A program made the position numbers and the translations under genes. 64,000 nt of DNA from an uncultured Nitrospiraceae bacterium (GTDB lineage Bacteria > Nitrospirota > Thermodesulfovibrionia > Thermodesulfovibrionales > UBA6898). Positions within the stretch are counted from its first letter, which is position 1; each line of letters starts with the position of its first letter. Below the pieces are notes generated by a model, which saw only the letters and a program-made list of their open reading frames with translations, did no database searches and was not told where the DNA came from. The DNA is taken from the NCBI GenBank assembly GCA_963811165.1, contig CAWEQH010000010.1, positions 928,001 through 992,000 on the forward strand, in the 5' to 3' direction. Positions 31,229 to 41,426 of the stretch are shown here, one piece after another.

Positions 31229-31633
31229 TTATCCTACTGATTTCAACTTGAACGCTTCAATTCTGAGTTCCCTGATAATGGCCTCATTGGCGGCCGGAAA
31301 ATCGAACGCGTCAAGTCCCTCTGGCGCGACCCACGCAGAGGCATCGTGCACACGAAGGGTAATCTCTCCCGAAAGATGCCTTACTCGGTACGCAAGCAGT
31401 TCCACCTTGATATGAGGATACTCATAAGTGCTTGAGCAGATAAAGGCCCCGACTTCCGTTTCGATGTCGAGCTCTTCGCGCAACTCGCGCCTGAGGGCCT
31501 CCTCGGGAGTCTCTCCGCTTTCGAGCTTGCCTCCCGGGAACTCCCATTTGTGGGCGAGCTTGTCCCCTTTCATTCTCCGCACGATAAGGAACTTCCCGTC
31601 TCTTTCGATCACTCCCGCGACTACCTTGACCAT
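31229..31633 (-). CDS. mutT: MutT/NudG-type Nudix hydrolase
   Basis: [28 protein letters not shown]udix box; FPAANEAII. Confidence 0.88.
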   Translation of the reverse strand: MVKVVAGVIERDGKFLIVRRMKGDKLAHKWEFPGGKLESGETPEEALRRELREELDIETEVGAFICSSTYEYPHIKVELLAYRVRHLSGEITLRVHDASAWVAPEGLDAFDFPAANEAIIRELRIEAFKLKSVG

Positions 31634-31858
31634 AATAACCTCAATTCACCATAACCTTTGCGTGGGGACTTCATCTGAGCGGATTCAGCGACGCGTATTG
31701 CATCACCATCCTGGTGATGCGCGACGGTGCCCTCGGAGGTCCGGCGTTGCGCCGGATCGAGAATGAGCGAAGATGTTGTCCTCATGCATGCATTTTTGAT
31801 GACAAATTCTGGAATAACCCCCTCATTTGATTTATTGGCGCTGCCCCTTTTATCTTAA

Positions 31859-32737
31859 ATGTGCAGCATGAAAAAGGGAAGAAACCTGCAGCTTGAATTC
31901 GAAGCCGTCCTCACGCACGAGGGTATCTCGCGCCGTTCGATCTCTCTCTTTAGAAAAATGATCTATGACCACTACCAGCGGGAGGAACGCCCATTGCCAT
32001 GGCGGAAAACCAGAAACCCATACAGGGTGCTGGTCTCTGAGATCATGCTCCAGCAGACACAGGTCGGGCGCGTGCTCGATAAATACGGGCTTTTCATCAA
32101 TGCCTTCCCTGATTTTGCGGCCCTGGCAGAGGCCCCAATTTCAGAAATCCTGAACGCATGGCAGGGACTTGGCTATAACAGACGGGCCATTTCACTGAAG
32201 AAGATTGCGGAAACGGTGGTGCAACAGTATAGGGGCAGACTCCCTTTAGACCCTGAGGTCCTTATTACACTTCCGGGCATCGGCAAATATTCAGCGTATG
32301 CGATCTGCACCTTCATAACCGACAAGCCGTCTCTCTTTATCGAGACGAACATCAGAAGGGTATATATCCATTTCTTTTTCCGGGACAGACAGGGTATCGG
32401 GGACAAGGAGATACTCCCGATCCTGGAAAAAACCATCGACGCCAAAGATCCCCGTCAATGGTATTATGCGCTCATGGACTATGGCGTCAAATTGAAGGCT
32501 GAAGTCGAAAACCCTAACAGGAGGTCTTCCGGTTACCGGAAACAGTCGCCATTCAAGGGCTCCGCAAGGCAAGCGAGAGGCGCAATACTAAGGGCGCTGA
32601 TAGGGTCGCCGGGCATGACAAAAAGTCAAATAAGAAAAGAGGTCCCCGGACACGCCGGCGATATCGACATGATACTCGCATCTCTCGTCAGGGAAGGGTT
32701 CCTCGAGAAAAAGGCTCAACGGTTCAGGGTCCCCTGA
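31859..32737 (+). CDS. mutY: A/G-specific adenine glycosylase, short MutY-like
   Basis: LPWR, VSEIMLQQTQV, WQGLGYNRRA, HhH LPGIGKYSA, ALMDYG; no Cys4 Fe-S motif. Confidence 0.85.
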   Translation: MCSMKKGRNLQLEFEAVLTHEGISRRSISLFRKMIYDHYQREERPLPWRKTRNPYRVLVSEIMLQQTQVGRVLDKYGLFINAFPDFAALAEAPISEILNAWQGLGYNRRAISLKKIAETVVQQYRGRLPLDPEVLITLPGIGKYSAYAICTFITDKPSLFIETNIRRVYIHFFFRDRQGIGDKEILPILEKTIDAKDPRQWYYALMDYGVKLKAEVENPNRRSSGYRKQSPFKGSARQARGAILRALIGSPGMTKSQIRKEVPGHAGDIDMILASLVREGFLEKKAQRFRVP

Positions 32738-32882
32738 GAAAAAACATATCGTGTTTTCTACAGTCGAAATATCGTGCATATCGCTTAAGAAATGATCCCG
32801 CTAATTGTGTTAAGATAGTCTGCCCTGAAGGCAAATTACCAGCAATAAAGTCTAACTTTTCAGAGGAACTGGAGGCAACGAA

Positions 32883-34889
32883 GTGAAGAAGACCAACATT
32901 GACGAGCTCTCTATCAACACCATAAGGATGCTTGCGGCCGATGCCGTGCAGAAGGCCAATTCAGGACATCCGGGGATGCCGATGGGAGATGCGCCCATGG
33001 CATACACTCTTTGGTCTAAGTTCCTCAGGCACAACCCCAAAAACCCATTCTGGCATAACCGCGACAGGTTCGTTCTTTCTGCGGGTCACGGGTCCGCTCT
33101 CTTATATAGCCTCCTGCACCTTACAGGTTATGACCTGTCTTTGGATGACATCAAGAACTTCAGACAATGGGGGAGCAAGACCCCGGGCCATCCGGAATAC
33201 GCGCCGGAATGCGGGATAGAAACCACCACCGGTCCGCTCGGCCAGGGGTTCGCAACGGGCGTCGGCATGGCCATGGCCGAGAGATACCTCTCTGAGATGT
33301 TCAATAAACCGGGGTTCCCCGTAGTCGATTACTCTGTCTTCGGCATCGTCTCAGACGGCGACCTGATGGAGGGCGTTTCATCAGAGGCGGCGTCTCTTGC
33401 GGGACATCTGAAACTCGGAAAGATAGTGTATCTCTACTCCGACAACAAGATCACGATAGAAGGTCCTACCGGCCTTTCCTTTACGGAAGACGTGGCAAAG
33501 AGGTTTGCAGCCTACGGCTGGCAGGTCCTCCGGGCGGGCGGCAATGACGTAAAACAGATAGAAGAGGCGATAAAGAATGCAAAGAAGGAAAAAAACAGAC
33601 CTTCGCTTATAATGGTCCGGACGAACATCGGGTTCGGAAGTCCCCACAAACAAGACACTCCGGATGTCCATGGTTCTCCCTTAGGTGAAGAAGAACTCTG
33701 CCTGACCAAAAAAAATCTCTGCTGCCCTCCTCAGAAGAAGTTCTGTATCCCCGGGGCCGTGGCAGCCCATCTAAAAAAGGCGGTAAAAAAGGGAAAAGTC
33801 GGGGAGACCGCCTGGCATGCCCTCATAAAGAGATACTCAAGGAAATATCCCGATCTCGGGAAAAAATGGGATGATCTTTCGAAGGGCAAGCTTCCCTCGG
33901 GATGGGAGAAAAAGATACCCGTCTTCAAGCCTGCCGACGGACAGGTTGCAACGAGAAGCGCCTCGGGCAAGGTATTGAACTCAATAGCCGATACGCTGCC
34001 CCAGCTGATCGGCGGGTCAGCGGACCTTGCGCCATCCAATAATACCTACCTGAAAAAATATCCCGACCTGGGTCTCGCAAAGCACGGGAGAAACATTCAC
34101 TTCGGCGTGAGGGAGCATGCGATGGGGGCCGCCCTAAACGGCATGGCGCTTAGCAAGATGCTGATACCTTACGGCGGCACGTTCTTCGTTTTTGCCGACT
34201 ATGTAAAGCCGGCGATACGGCTCTCTTCTCTTATGAAACAGCATGTCATCTACGTGCTCACCCACGATTCAATAGGCCTTGGCGAGGACGGGCCGACCCA
34301 CCAGCCGATAGAACACCTCACGGCGTTGAGGGCGATGCCGAACCTGTCGGTAATAAGGCCCGCGGACGCAAACGAGACGGCCGTTGCATGGAAGGCGGCC
34401 ATCACCGATACGGCCAGGCCGCACGCACTCATACTAAGCAGGCAGAACCTTCCGGTCCTGGACAGGCAGAAATACGCGCCGGCCGAGGGCCTCTTGCAGG
34501 GAGGCTTCATACTCTCGGACTCAAAGGGGCTTCCCGATATAATCCTTCTTTCATCCGGCTCCGAGATACACCTTGCGCTTGCCGCCGCCGAGTCCTTAAG
34601 AAAAGACGGGGTGAAGGCGCGTGTCGTCAACATGGCCTGCTTCGAGTTTTTCGATGCCCAGCCCGAAGCATACAGGAATAAAGTCCTTCCGCCTGCCGTC
34701 GAAACGAGACTTGCAGTCGAGGCAGGCGCGACACTCAGCTGGCATAAATACGTCGGCCTGAAGGGAGAGATTATCGGCATCGACCGTTTCGGCGCCTCGG
34801 CTCCTGCGAAAGTGCTTTTCGAGAAGTTCGGGTTCACCGTAGAAAACATCGTCGGCAGGGCAAAGAGGTTGTTGAAGAAAAAACGCTGA
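32883..34889 (+). CDS. tkt: Transketolase
   Basis: [39 protein letters not shown]. Confidence 0.98.
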   Translation: MKKTNIDELSINTIRMLAADAVQKANSGHPGMPMGDAPMAYTLWSKFLRHNPKNPFWHNRDRFVLSAGHGSALLYSLLHLTGYDLSLDDIKNFRQWGSKTPGHPEYAPECGIETTTGPLGQGFATGVGMAMAERYLSEMFNKPGFPVVDYSVFGIVSDGDLMEGVSSEAASLAGHLKLGKIVYLYSDNKITIEGPTGLSFTEDVAKRFAAYGWQVLRAGGNDVKQIEEAIKNAKKEKNRPSLIMVRTNIGFGSPHKQDTPDVHGSPLGEEELCLTKKNLCCPPQKKFCIPGAVAAHLKKAVKKGKVGETAWHALIKRYSRKYPDLGKKWDDLSKGKLPSGWEKKIPVFKPADGQVATRSASGKVLNSIADTLPQLIGGSADLAPSNNTYLKKYPDLGLAKHGRNIHFGVREHAMGAALNGMALSKMLIPYGGTFFVFADYVKPAIRLSSLMKQHVIYVLTHDSIGLGEDGPTHQPIEHLTALRAMPNLSVIRPADANETAVAWKAAITDTARPHALILSRQNLPVLDRQKYAPAEGLLQGGFILSDSKGLPDIILLSSGSEIHLALAAAESLRKDGVKARVVNMACFEFFDAQPEAYRNKVLPPAVETRLAVEAGATLSWHKYVGLKGEIIGIDRFGASAPAKVLFEKFGFTVENIVGRAKRLLKKKR

Positions 34890-34990
34890 TCGGTAATTTA
34901 TAAATAGACGGTCAGACAGTCAGCAAGTAAAGAGCAGGGCTTCCCCGCACACACACTGATTCCACGGTCCCGTCAAGGCAGCCCCTAGTT

Positions 34991-35080
34991 TGTCGTTCCT
35001 GCAATCTTGATCCCCTCCTCCGGCGGGTCGACGAGGAGACCGGATCTGCCTACCGGACAGGCAGGCAAGCCGGAATGACA
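34991..35080. repeat. TGTC(A/G)TTCC...GGAATGACA palindromic element with nested CTGCCT..CAGGCAG hairpin
   Basis: Termini tgtcgttcc and ggaatgaca are inverted; internal ctcctc..gaggag and ctgcctaccggacaggcag hairpins. Confidence 0.6.
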
Positions 35081-35111
35081 GAGAAAAAGTCAGTCCTGTA
35101 TAATAAGGCAT

Positions 35112-36977
35112 ATGTCTAACCTTGATCAGGAACTTGAAAAGGCCGAGGGGAAGGCCCCATCGAGAAAATTCATCTATATCTTTGTCTTTGTATGCGCACT
35201 TTTCGGAGCTACCGGGGGGTTCGTCTATTGGGCGCTTTCGGACCTGCCGAGGGTAAACGCCATAGAAGAATACGTTCCGGCCGAATCGTCCAAGATCTAT
35301 TCCAGCGACGGCAAAATCCTGGCGGAATTTTATTATGAGCGCAGGACCTTCGTCCCGCATTACAAGATACCCGATCATGTCAAAAAGGCGTTTATCGCGA
35401 TCGAGGACGTCCGCTTTTACAGCCATCCCGGCGTCGACTTCATCGGGATAGTCAGGGCGATGGTGCAGGACGTCAGGGCGCGCGGAATGGTCCAGGGCGG
35501 CAGCACGATTACTCAGCAACTTGCGAAGATGCTTTTTTTTAAACCGGAAAAATCCATCACGAGAAAGATCAAGGAGGCGGTAATCTCGCTCCAGATCGAG
35601 AAGCGTTATACAAAAGACGAGATCCTCGGCATATATCTCAACCAGGCATATTTTGGTACCAGGGCCTTCGGCATAGAGGCCGCGTCCCAGGCATACTTCG
35701 GGAAATCCGTGACGGAGTTGTCCGTCGGAGAGGGTGCCCTCCTTGCAACGCTGCCGAAGGCGCCGACACAATATTCCCCCTTCAGGAACCCGGAGAAGTC
35801 AAGGGAGCGCCGCACAGCCGTCTTGAACATCATGCTGAAACAGAAGTTCATCACCCGCGACCAGTATGAGAGTGCGCTTCGGGAGCCGATCCCCTCCTCC
35901 CCTCATTTCAGGAAATACGAGGCGCCCTATTTCGTAGAGCTCTTGAGGCAGCAGATGGAACACAAATACGGAACTGCGATCTATACCTCCGGATACAAGG
36001 TCCGTTCCACGATCGACTCCTCTATGCAGCGCATTGCGGAAGAGGCCCTCGAAAGAGGCGTAAAAAATATCGAAAAGAGGGTCAGGCCCGGCATTCAGGC
36101 ATCTCTTATCGCGGTCGATATCCGCACCGGGCATATCAAGGCGATGGTCGGCGGTTTCGATTTTTGGCAGAACCAGTTCAACAGGGCCACCCAGGCACTA
36201 AGGCAGCCGGGGTCTGCGTTCAAGCCCTTCGTATATTGCACCGCACTGGAAGACGGCATGTCGCCCGAAGACGTCATCGCAGATGCTCCGATATCGTTCA
36301 GAGGCGCCCGTCCCGGTCAGAGGTGGTCTCCAAAGAATTATGACGGAAAATACCATGGCACTGTCACGCTGAAGACCGCCATCGCCAAGTCGTTAAACGC
36401 CGCAACGGTGAGACTCGCCAGCAAAGTAGGGATAGAGAATATCATCGATACCGCAAAAAAACTGGGGATAACGGCTGAGCTCCAGCCCTACCTGCCGATT
36501 GCCCTGGGCGCTTCGGACGTTACCCTGATCGAAATGGTCGGAGCGTATTGCGGGTTGGCCACTGGGAAGAAGATGAGGCTCATACCCTATGAACGCATAG
36601 AAAACAGGGACGGGATCGTTATCGACGAGGTATACCCTCATTTCGAGGAAATCCTGAAAGAAGACACTGTCGATAAACTGAAGGTACTTCTCGGGGCCGT
36701 GGTCCGGGAAGGGACCGCAGTAAAGGCGAGGGAACTGGGGAGGCCGGTCTATGGAAAGACCGGGACAACAAACGATTTTACGGACGCATGGTTCATAGGG
36801 TTCGACGACGGACTCGCCGTCGGCGTATGGGTCGGAAGGGACAACCACAAACCTATCGGCAATAAAGAGACGGGGGCACAGGCCGCGCTACCCATATGGA
36901 TTGAATTTATGAAAAGGGCCGTTCCTGAAGCGCCGCAGCAAGACCCTATAGGCAAAACAACTGGCAAGACGAACTGA
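35112..36977 (+). CDS. mrcA: Class A penicillin-binding protein (PBP1A family)
   Basis: Glycosyltransferase EDVRFYSHPG and GGSTITQQ; transpeptidase SAFK, SLN, KTG. Confidence 0.93.
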   Translation: MSNLDQELEKAEGKAPSRKFIYIFVFVCALFGATGGFVYWALSDLPRVNAIEEYVPAESSKIYSSDGKILAEFYYERRTFVPHYKIPDHVKKAFIAIEDVRFYSHPGVDFIGIVRAMVQDVRARGMVQGGSTITQQLAKMLFFKPEKSITRKIKEAVISLQIEKRYTKDEILGIYLNQAYFGTRAFGIEAASQAYFGKSVTELSVGEGALLATLPKAPTQYSPFRNPEKSRERRTAVLNIMLKQKFITRDQYESALREPIPSSPHFRKYEAPYFVELLRQQMEHKYGTAIYTSGYKVRSTIDSSMQRIAEEALERGVKNIEKRVRPGIQASLIAVDIRTGHIKAMVGGFDFWQNQFNRATQALRQPGSAFKPFVYCTALEDGMSPEDVIADAPISFRGARPGQRWSPKNYDGKYHGTVTLKTAIAKSLNAATVRLASKVGIENIIDTAKKLGITAELQPYLPIALGASDVTLIEMVGAYCGLATGKKMRLIPYERIENRDGIVIDEVYPHFEEILKEDTVDKLKVLLGAVVREGTAVKARELGRPVYGKTGTTNDFTDAWFIGFDDGLAVGVWVGRDNHKPIGNKETGAQAALPIWIEFMKRAVPEAPQQDPIGKTTGKTN

Positions 36978-37122
36978 CCGGCGTCGATGAGACCTGATTA
37001 AGAACCAGGGACGGAACCGGGTTGTTTTGCTGGGTTGAGACGACACAATGAGCAAGAATTAGGACACTGGGTGAGCAGCCTGAGATTGGTTTCCTCATCA
37101 TCTACGATACGTATCTTTTCCC

Positions 37123-40100
37123 TCATCTATCCAGTATCTCTCTCACCTTTATCAAAAGGTCTTGCGGCCTCATAGGTTTATGGATAAAGTCAAAGCCGGA
37201 TTCTGCCAGTTCCTTGCCTTTGATAATGTCCATTGTATACCCGCTCACAAAGAGTATTTTTATCCCCGGGCTCGCTTCCCTGAGCACCTCACCGACCTCT
37301 TTCCCGTTCTTCTTCGGCATGATCATGTCAAGCATGACAAGGTGGATCCTCTCCCTGTTTTCCATGAATTTTGCGATCGCATCTTCTCCGTCCACGGCGA
37401 CAATGACACTGTAGCCGAGGGACTCCAGGACCATCCTTGTCAGGTCCCTCAGGGAAGCGTCGTCCTCGGCGACGAGGACAGTCTCATTTCCGCCCTTGAT
37501 AGCGTCAGGCGTCTGCCTTCTTGCCGATAATGCCGGCTCTTCAGTGAGAGGCAGATATATTTTAAATACAGTGCCTTGTCCCGGTTCGCTGTAGACCTTG
37601 ATAAATCCACTATGCTGTTTGATTATTCCGTAGGAGATTGCAAGCCCGAGCCCTGTTCCTTCTCCGAGACCTTTCGTTGTAAAAAAAGGCTCAAATATCT
37701 TCTTCTGAGTTTCAGCATCCATTCCGCGCCCTGTATCAGAAACCGTAATAGCCGCATATTTTCCCGGTATTCCATATCCATTTACGGCTATAAATTCATA
37801 ATCTATTTCCTGAATACCGGTGCCTATCGTCAGCCGTCCGCCGTTGGGCATTGCGTCCCTGGCATTTGTCGCAAGGTTCATAAGTGCCTGTTCTATCTGC
37901 CCGGCATCTGCCATCACTACCAACCTTCTTTCCGCTAGATCAAAATTAAAATCGATATCCTCGCCGATGATTCGGACAAGCATTTTATGGATGCCGGTGA
38001 CAGTATCATTGACGTCAATCGGCTTCACTTCAGTAATCTGTTTTCTGCTGAAGGTAAGGAGTCTTTTGGTGAGATTCGCGGCCCTCTCGGCGGCAGCGAG
38101 CACTTCATTCATCTGTCCCTTTAAAAAAATATCGGCTTCCAGCCTGTCGAGCACCATGGAACCATACCCTATGATCACATTGAGGATATTATTGAAATCG
38201 TGCGCAATTCCCCCTGCCAGCGTGCCGACCGCCTCCATCTTCTGGGCGTGACGGAGTTGGGCCTCAAGTTTCTTGCGTTCCGTTACGTCCCGCAGAATTC
38301 CCTCCATACCGAGAAAAGCGCCTTTTTCATCCTCTTTTACAGTGCTCGATGTTTCAATCTCTATCGGTTCCCCGTTTTTCTTCTTAAGCCTCATCTGGTA
38401 ACCGCTCACAGATTTCTTAATCTTCAGCTCCGCCCTGAAGGCATCTCTGTCCCCGGGGTCTCTCCAGTATTCCAGGCCCTTTCTGCCGATTATCTCATCG
38501 GGACTTTCGTGGCCGAACATCTTTGCCCCTGCAGGATTCATCAGGATGAAGACACCGTCGGCATCTATTTGATAGATGCCATCGAGGGTTGAGTCAAAGA
38601 GGTCTCTGTATTTCTTTTCGCTCTTCTGCAGCGCCGATTCCGCCTCCGCTTGCGCGGCATGCAGCCTGATAGCGGCGATGCCGTAAGACAGGTCCGCAGC
38701 CAGATCATTTAGCAGTTGGACCTCTTCATCTGAAAATGGGTCCTCGTGCCGGGAATAAATGTTAAGGGAACCGAAGGCTTTTCCCTCTGCCAGGAGTGGG
38801 ACGGCGATTATCGCGGCATATCCACGCTTGAAGGCCTCCTCGCGCCAGAGTGCGAATGCAGGATTGCTGTGGATGTTTCGAATTACGGAAGGTTTGCCCG
38901 TTCTGATGGCCGTCCCGACAGGACCGCGGCCGCTTTCCCTGTCCGACCACGTGATATGAATAAAATCAAGATAGCCATCCTCAAAGCCTGAGTGGGCCAC
39001 CGGCCTAACGGTTCTGCCTTCATCGTTTTCGGCGAAACCGATCCATACCAGGGCATGGCCGCAGTCCTCGACGATGATCCGGCAGACTTCATTGAGATAC
39101 CATTGTTCATCCCTGGCGCTCATCATGGCCCGGCTGCTATTGCTTTTCGCCAGTAATGTCCGGTTCAGCTTCCGGAACTCCTCCTCCTTCTGCCTGCGCT
39201 CGGTAATGTCGCGGATATTGCACTGGATCACCTTGCGGTGGCCTGCCTGATAGACATTGCTGACGAACTCCACGTCGATCCGCCGGCCATCGGCGGTTTC
39301 GAGCGGCATATCTCCGTAACGGGCGAATCCTTTCTGTTGCAATTCCTCAAAATTGGCCTTATTGGCGACGATATTCTTGAAGAATCCCAGTTCCCAAATC
39401 TTCTTCCCGAGGAATGCCTCGTGCGAGAAACCCAACTTCTCGATGAGAAACGGGTTTACGTCCATCACCATCCCTGTCCCGGCATCGAGGATCAGAATAC
39501 CGTCTTTGGCCGCCTCGAAGAGTCTCCGATAGCGTACCTCCGAAGCCCTCAGCGCCTCAGCCGCCTCACATTTCTCCCGGTAAAATTGAGTGCGCTGCCA
39601 CCTCCAGACGAGCCCCACGCCGCCGCCCGCGCTTGTGAGCAGGGCCATTACAAGAACGACTGTCATCCACAGTTTTTCCCTCATCGGTGCGTGTATTTCA
39701 GAAAAATCCATGTGAGAAACCAGAAACCATGAAGAACCGGGGACAGCACGCACATCGGCTATTACCGGAACACCCCGGTAGTCTATGCCCTCCATTATTC
39801 CCTGGCGGCCCAGGGCCGCTTGAGCGGCAGGCAATTCTTTTTGGTCCAGCGATCTGCGCAGGTTGAGGGCCGCGGTTTTCCGGAATCTGAGTTCATTCAG
39901 ATAGACGACTTCATTTCCTTCCCGCCGGACGAGTATAGTTTCGGCCGTCTTGCTCGGCGTCCGCCAGCGGTTGAGAAACGGATAGAGATACTGTTCGGGA
40001 TCGATGCGCAAGACAAGGGTCCCCACTGCGCTTCCGTTGCCACTTCCGTCGAGGATGGGGACAAGGACCGCCAAATAGACACGCCCGTCATATTCATTCC

Positions 40101-41271
40101 GGTAGAAATCCTCCAAGGCCACCTGTTTTGTACGCAGTGCTTCGGCAGCGCCCAGAACCCTACGCTGTGAGGTCGGCGGCCTCACCCCAGGCACTGACAT
40201 CAGTTCTTTTCCGGCGGCATCAAGCAGGTAGACCCGGTCGTATTGATCGCCTTCCCGAACATGGCGCAGCCACATTCGAAGCCTCATCTCCGTTTCTTTG
40301 TCCTCAGGCTTTTGCAAATAGCGCTGGACTAATCCCGAAAAATTCAGGTTCTTATAGAAAAGCGCGGCATCTCCCAGCCGCTCTTTTCGCCAATGAACAA
40401 GTTCTTCCACTTTCAGATCGGAGACGGCGGTAAGCTGGAGTTCCACCTCTGTCCGGTAGCGTATTTCGTAGTTCCGGGAATACAGGAACCCCGCAGTCAC
40501 AATGCCGGCGGCGAGGAGGACAAAAACCAGGAGGAACGTGTATGAGGCGCGTGTGCCGGATTCGGCATTCGGGCGGGCTGGCCAGGCATGGGGCGCCGCC
40601 AAAGCAAGCAGCGCTGTCCCAAGGGCAATGAACGCCAGGCCGGTAAGCGCCGCCGGAGGGACAAAGGCGCTGCCATAGAGCATCGGCGTTCCATAGAGAT
40701 AAGCCAGAAAGAGTGCAGAGCCGGTCGCAATTACGCAACAGGCAAGCCACCAGGCGATGCCGGCCGTCCGGCGTCGGTCGCGCGGCGACGATAGCGACAT
40801 CAGATACGACAGGGACGAGAGCAGAAAACAGAAGGCCGTGACCGGCGACATATACCCCGCCTGCAGTTCACCCGGTTTATTCACGACCACGAAGCCAAGG
40901 TGTTCGGCCTCAATTCGTATGCCGAGCAAGGCCAACACCAAGAGCAGCGCCGAGATCAGTGCTCCCGCGGCATTGATAACCAGGCCTGTCCGGTACGTCG
41001 AGCGGAGAAACGGCATGTGTGTGCGGAGAGATATCATAACGGCATACATCACGAATAGCACCGCCGTGCTCGGGGCCACCGGTATTTTGCCGGGGCCAAG
41101 GCTTGCAAGAACCGGAAGTCCGAGCACCCATCCGAGAAGTGCGACGAGGCCGATTCCGGCGGCAAGCGCTGCGCAGATATTGATAAGGAGCCGGAAACGG
41201 ATTGGTCCCCACCCGTTTGGCAACGGCCCCGAGGCGCCGTTTTCTTTTTTTTCCGGCATTTCAGCTACCAT
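37123..41271 (-). CDS. Hybrid sensor kinase (multi-TM, Cache-like, PAS, GAF, PAS, HisKA, HATPase, REC)
   Basis: GIAHDFNN, NARDAM, GTGLGL; C-terminal REC (VAEDD, LDMIMP, FIHKP). Confidence 0.93.
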   Translation of the reverse strand: MVAEMPEKKENGASGPLPNGWGPIRFRLLINICAALAAGIGLVALLGWVLGLPVLASLGPGKIPVAPSTAVLFVMYAVMISLRTHMPFLRSTYRTGLVINAAGALISALLLVLALLGIRIEAEHLGFVVVNKPGELQAGYMSPVTAFCFLLSSLSYLMSLSSPRDRRRTAGIAWWLACCVIATGSALFLAYLYGTPMLYGSAFVPPAALTGLAFIALGTALLALAAPHAWPARPNAESGTRASYTFLLVFVLLAAGIVTAGFLYSRNYEIRYRTEVELQLTAVSDLKVEELVHWRKERLGDAALFYKNLNFSGLVQRYLQKPEDKETEMRLRMWLRHVREGDQYDRVYLLDAAGKELMSVPGVRPPTSQRRVLGAAEALRTKQVALEDFYRNEYDGRVYLAVLVPILDGSGNGSAVGTLVLRIDPEQYLYPFLNRWRTPSKTAETILVRREGNEVVYLNELRFRKTAALNLRRSLDQKELPAAQAALGRQGIMEGIDYRGVPVIADVRAVPGSSWFLVSHMDFSEIHAPMREKLWMTVVLVMALLTSAGGGVGLVWRWQRTQFYREKCEAAEALRASEVRYRRLFEAAKDGILILDAGTGMVMDVNPFLIEKLGFSHEAFLGKKIWELGFFKNIVANKANFEELQQKGFARYGDMPLETADGRRIDVEFVSNVYQAGHRKVIQCNIRDITERRQKEEEFRKLNRTLLAKSNSSRAMMSARDEQWYLNEVCRIIVEDCGHALVWIGFAENDEGRTVRPVAHSGFEDGYLDFIHITWSDRESGRGPVGTAIRTGKPSVIRNIHSNPAFALWREEAFKRGYAAIIAVPLLAEGKAFGSLNIYSRHEDPFSDEEVQLLNDLAADLSYGIAAIRLHAAQAEAESALQKSEKKYRDLFDSTLDGIYQIDADGVFILMNPAGAKMFGHESPDEIIGRKGLEYWRDPGDRDAFRAELKIKKSVSGYQMRLKKKNGEPIEIETSSTVKEDEKGAFLGMEGILRDVTERKKLEAQLRHAQKMEAVGTLAGGIAHDFNNILNVIIGYGSMVLDRLEADIFLKGQMNEVLAAAERAANLTKRLLTFSRKQITEVKPIDVNDTVTGIHKMLVRIIGEDIDFNFDLAERRLVVMADAGQIEQALMNLATNARDAMPNGGRLTIGTGIQEIDYEFIAVNGYGIPGKYAAITVSDTGRGMDAETQKKIFEPFFTTKGLGEGTGLGLAISYGIIKQHSGFIKVYSEPGQGTVFKIYLPLTEEPALSARRQTPDAIKGGNETVLVAEDDASLRDLTRMVLESLGYSVIVAVDGEDAIAKFMENRERIHLVMLDMIMPKKNGKEVGEVLREASPGIKILFVSGYTMDIIKGKELAESGFDFIHKPMRPQDLLIKVREILDR

Positions 41272-41426
41272 AACATATCCAAATGGCTTGGTTCATATAA
41301 AATGGGTTACGGGATTCCGGTAACGACTGGTCTGCCAATAAAGGAAACCTTGGCTGGGCAATGTCTGCTCCCTTGATCCATATATCCATAGGCTATCAAC
41401 CGATTAAAGGCACTGTCAAATATGGA

